This document shows, one piece after another, positions 14,806 to 17,271 of a stretch of DNA of 17,271 nt (the first letter of the stretch is position 1; each line of letters begins with the position of its first letter). The stretch is from Archangiaceae bacterium. GTDB lineage: Bacteria; Myxococcota; Myxococcia; Myxococcales; Myxococcaceae. The notes beneath the pieces are model-generated. The model saw nothing but the letters and a program-made list of their open reading frames with translations. It did not search any database and had not been told where the DNA came from. The stretch lies in NCBI GenBank assembly GCA_043750125.1, contig JAYVCD010000055.1, forward strand, positions 1 to 17,271, in the 5' to 3' direction. A program made the position numbers and the translations under genes.

Positions 14806-16589
14806 TGCAAGTCGAGCTCTGGCTTCGCGATCGGGTTCGGTGGCTGTTGAACCCTTCGCGCGCCGTCAACTTCGTCGTGGCTGCATTGGCGATGCTCTAC
14901 GCGTGGTTCACTCTCGAGCTGTCGCCTGCAGACCTGACTCTGGCGGGAACGTTGGTCGGGCTGGGAGGCGCTGTCGCAACGGTCTTCGCCGAGCTGCGAT
15001 CGGGTCAGCGGCTTCGGGTGCTCAAGGGCCTGGCTTCGGGAACGCTGCCGGCGACCCGGGAAGCGCTGGTCCAGGCGATCGTCGAAGTCCATGCGCTGCC
15101 CGACGGGGTGGCGATGCTCACTGCGCTCAGTTGGTTGGGCACGGTGTCGGTCGTCGCCCTCGGGCTCTGGTATTTCGGTGAGCTGCCGTTGGGCACCAGC
15201 GTGAGGCTGCTTGCGATGGGAGCGCTGTTTGGGCCATTGAGCGCTGCGTTGGTCAACCTCTGGGTGATGCGCCGGGGTTGCATCGTGATCGAGGCGATGG
15301 CTGCCGGCGTTTCGACTCAGGAAGTCATTGCGGCCCTGCCGGCGACCAAGCTTCAGGTGCGCGCGAGGCTGCTGGCGATCACGCTCTCGCTGGTGATTCT
15401 TCCTTCGGCGATGTTGGTCGACGTTTCGCGCCAGCAGACCCGCATCGGACTCCAGTCGATCATTGCCTCGCACGGCGATTCGATCGAGCAGCAGCGGCTG
15501 GCGCGTCAGCAGCGGCCCCTGGTGTACGGCCGGCTGGGGCTGTTGTTTTCAATGGTGCTCGGCGCAGCGTTGTTGACCGCGTGGGCTGCAGGCTCGGTGA
15601 TGGCCGACCCGATGCGGCGGGTGGCGGCCGAAGCCAACCGAATGGCTGAAGGAGACTTGAGCCCGCCCCAGGTCTTCGCTGCCAGCGATGAAGTCTGGGC
15701 AGTCACCAGTACCTTCAGCCTGATTCAGGCGCAGCTGCACGACGTGGTCGGCCAGTTGACCCGCGCGGGGGTGAGCATCGCGACGACGACCGAAGACCTG
15801 GTCGGCACCTCGTCTGGCTATGAGGCCGGAGCGGCGGAGCAGGCGGCGAGCCTGAACGAGACCAGCGCGACGACCGAGCAGCTGGCGCAGAGCGCACGGC
15901 AGATTTCCGTCAACGCCGCCGACGTGTCGGAAATCTCGCAGCGCACGCTCGACTCGGCGTACGCGGGGCAGACCCGGGCCGAAGAGTTCGTGCGCGCCGT
16001 CGAGCGCATGCGGCAGGACAATCGGACGATCGCCGAAGGGGTCGCGCGGCTGCAGCGACGCGTTCAGCAGATTGGAAAAATCGTGGAGTTCATCACCGGG
16101 GTGGCCGACCGCAGCGACCTGCTCGCCCTGTCGGCCGAGCTCGAGGGCACCAAGGCGGGCGAAGTCGGCCGCAGCTTCACCCTGGTGGCAGCCGAGATGC
16201 GCCGGCTGGCCGAGAACGTGCTCGAGTCGACCACCGAGATTGAAGAGCTGATCGGCGAGATTCGCGAAGCGACGCACGTCACGGTCCAGGCGACCGAGCA
16301 TGGCCTTCAGCAGACCACCAGCGGCACTGCCCTGGCGGGCGAGGTCACCCGCGCGCTGACCGAAGTGGTCCGGCTGGCGCAAGAAACCTCGGTCGCGGTG
16401 CGCAGCATCACCCTCGCGACCCAGCAACAGCAAAGCGGCACCGACCAGCTGGCCGAGGCGATGGCCGACATTCTGGGCATTACTCAACAGAGCCTGGCCG
16501 CGACCAAGCAACTGAGCTCGGCAAACATCGAGCTGGTGGCGTTGTCGGGAAGCCTGTCGTTGTTGGTGGGCCGCTGGAAGAGCACCTGA
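14805..16589 (+). CDS. Methyl-accepting chemotaxis protein, ~6 TM + HAMP + signalling domain (Mcp3B-like)
   Basis: 594 aa, TGATG overlap with the previous gene. Same architecture. HAMP PMRRVAAEANRMAEGDL...SDEV. Tip VADRSDLLALSAELEGTKAGEVGRSFTLVAAEMRRLAE. Confidence 0.93.
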   Translation: MQVELWLRDRVRWLLNPSRAVNFVVAALAMLYAWFTLELSPADLTLAGTLVGLGGAVATVFAELRSGQRLRVLKGLASGTLPATREALVQAIVEVHALPDGVAMLTALSWLGTVSVVALGLWYFGELPLGTSVRLLAMGALFGPLSAALVNLWVMRRGCIVIEAMAAGVSTQEVIAALPATKLQVRARLLAITLSLVILPSAMLVDVSRQQTRIGLQSIIASHGDSIEQQRLARQQRPLVYGRLGLLFSMVLGAALLTAWAAGSVMADPMRRVAAEANRMAEGDLSPPQVFAASDEVWAVTSTFSLIQAQLHDVVGQLTRAGVSIATTTEDLVGTSSGYEAGAAEQAASLNETSATTEQLAQSARQISVNAADVSEISQRTLDSAYAGQTRAEEFVRAVERMRQDNRTIAEGVARLQRRVQQIGKIVEFITGVADRSDLLALSAELEGTKAGEVGRSFTLVAAEMRRLAENVLESTTEIEELIGEIREATHVTVQATEHGLQQTTSGTALAGEVTRALTEVVRLAQETSVAVRSITLATQQQQSGTDQLAEAMADILGITQQSLAATKQLSSANIELVALSGSLSLLVGRWKST

Positions 16590-16590
16590 A

Positions 16591-17271
16591 GTGGCGACTC
16601 CCCGCGAGAAGCTGCTGGTTCAGTTTCGCGAGCTGGTGGTCGAGCGCCTCGAAAAGATCGGCCGTCACCTGATGCAGCTGGAAGGTCAGCCGGATCTCGA
16701 GGCAGGCAAAGCAGCGCTGCGCGAGCTGCACGGCCTCAAGGGCGAAGCGCGGATGATGGGGTTTCCAGACATCAACGCGCTGGTCCACGAGATGGAAGAA
16801 GTGGTGCGCGCGGTCCAACCGGTGAAGTACCAACTGGCTGCCGCCTCGACCGATGCGCTGCTGGTGGCGTCCGACGCAGTGAGCGTGCTGTCCGGCGCTG
16901 GTGCCGGAGCGCCGCCGGATCTTCCCCGGCTGCTCGACTGGCTCAAGCAGCGGGTGGCGGCCGAGAAGGGCCTGGTGCCTCCGCCCCCGTCGGCGCCCGC
17001 GCTGCCGTCCGTTCCGCCGTCGGTCGACAAGGGGATCGTGCCGCCGTCGAAGTCGGCGCCGCAGCCGTTGGTGGATTCCGACGGCCAGCCCGTTTCGTCA
17101 ACCGGGCCGGCGCGGGTCGATGCCAGCGTGCGCATCAGCCAACAGTCGCTGGACATGTTGACCTCGACGACGACCAGCCTGCTGGCCCGCACCCGCCGCC
17201 GCGAATTGGCCGCCCAGAAGCGGCTGAAGCTGACCCGCGAGCTGCAACAGATTCAACGAATGGCCGAAGAT
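16591..17271 (+). CDS. cheA: CheA histidine kinase (CheA3-like), 3'-truncated by window edge; absent from the ORF track
   Basis: Manual translation from GTG 16591: MATPREKLLVQFRELVVERLEKI...LRELHGLKGEARMMGF...VHEMEE (HPt with phospho-His), a Pro-rich linker, then SVRISQQSLDML (start of dimerization domain). No stop before the window end. Confidence 0.92.
   Translation, partial: MATPREKLLVQFRELVVERLEKIGRHLMQLEGQPDLEAGKAALRELHGLKGEARMMGFPDINALVHEMEEVVRAVQPVKYQLAAASTDALLVASDAVSVLSGAGAGAPPDLPRLLDWLKQRVAAEKGLVPPPPSAPALPSVPPSVDKGIVPPSKSAPQPLVDSDGQPVSSTGPARVDASVRISQQSLDMLTSTTTSLLARTRRRELAAQKRLKLTRELQQIQRMAED

Overview
GC-rich chromosomal window with the hallmarks of a myxobacterium (Myxococcota). 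In order it holds: the 3' part of an Amidase_3 cell-separation amidase; a large minus-strand lipoprotein (ZU5-like + Ig-like + beta-propeller repeats); a DegP/HtrA protease; a possible 68-aa ORF in a hairpin-rich intergenic region; smc; a probably disrupted minus-strand gene; a secreted vWA protein; a Cys-rich-repeat lipoprotein; and the start of a translationally coupled chemosensory operon (cheW, divergent CheW-like gene, two 6-TM MCPs, cheA running off the window) resembling the Myxococcus xanthus Che3 system. I found no RNA genes, mobile elements or CRISPR arrays, and I cannot demonstrate a wholly new system. The best leads are: (i) a ~178-aa domain inserted inside one Cys-rich repeat, in a lipoprotein that sits where crdA/crdB lie in the M. 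xanthus che3 locus; (ii) overlapping ECF-type and sigma54-type promoter motifs before degP; (iii) a gene with an in-frame TGA and a G10 tract; (iv) an ssrA-like C-terminal tail on SMC; (v) a degenerate ~30-bp periodic motif between convergent genes. Family assignments come from motif recognition only; no searches were run.
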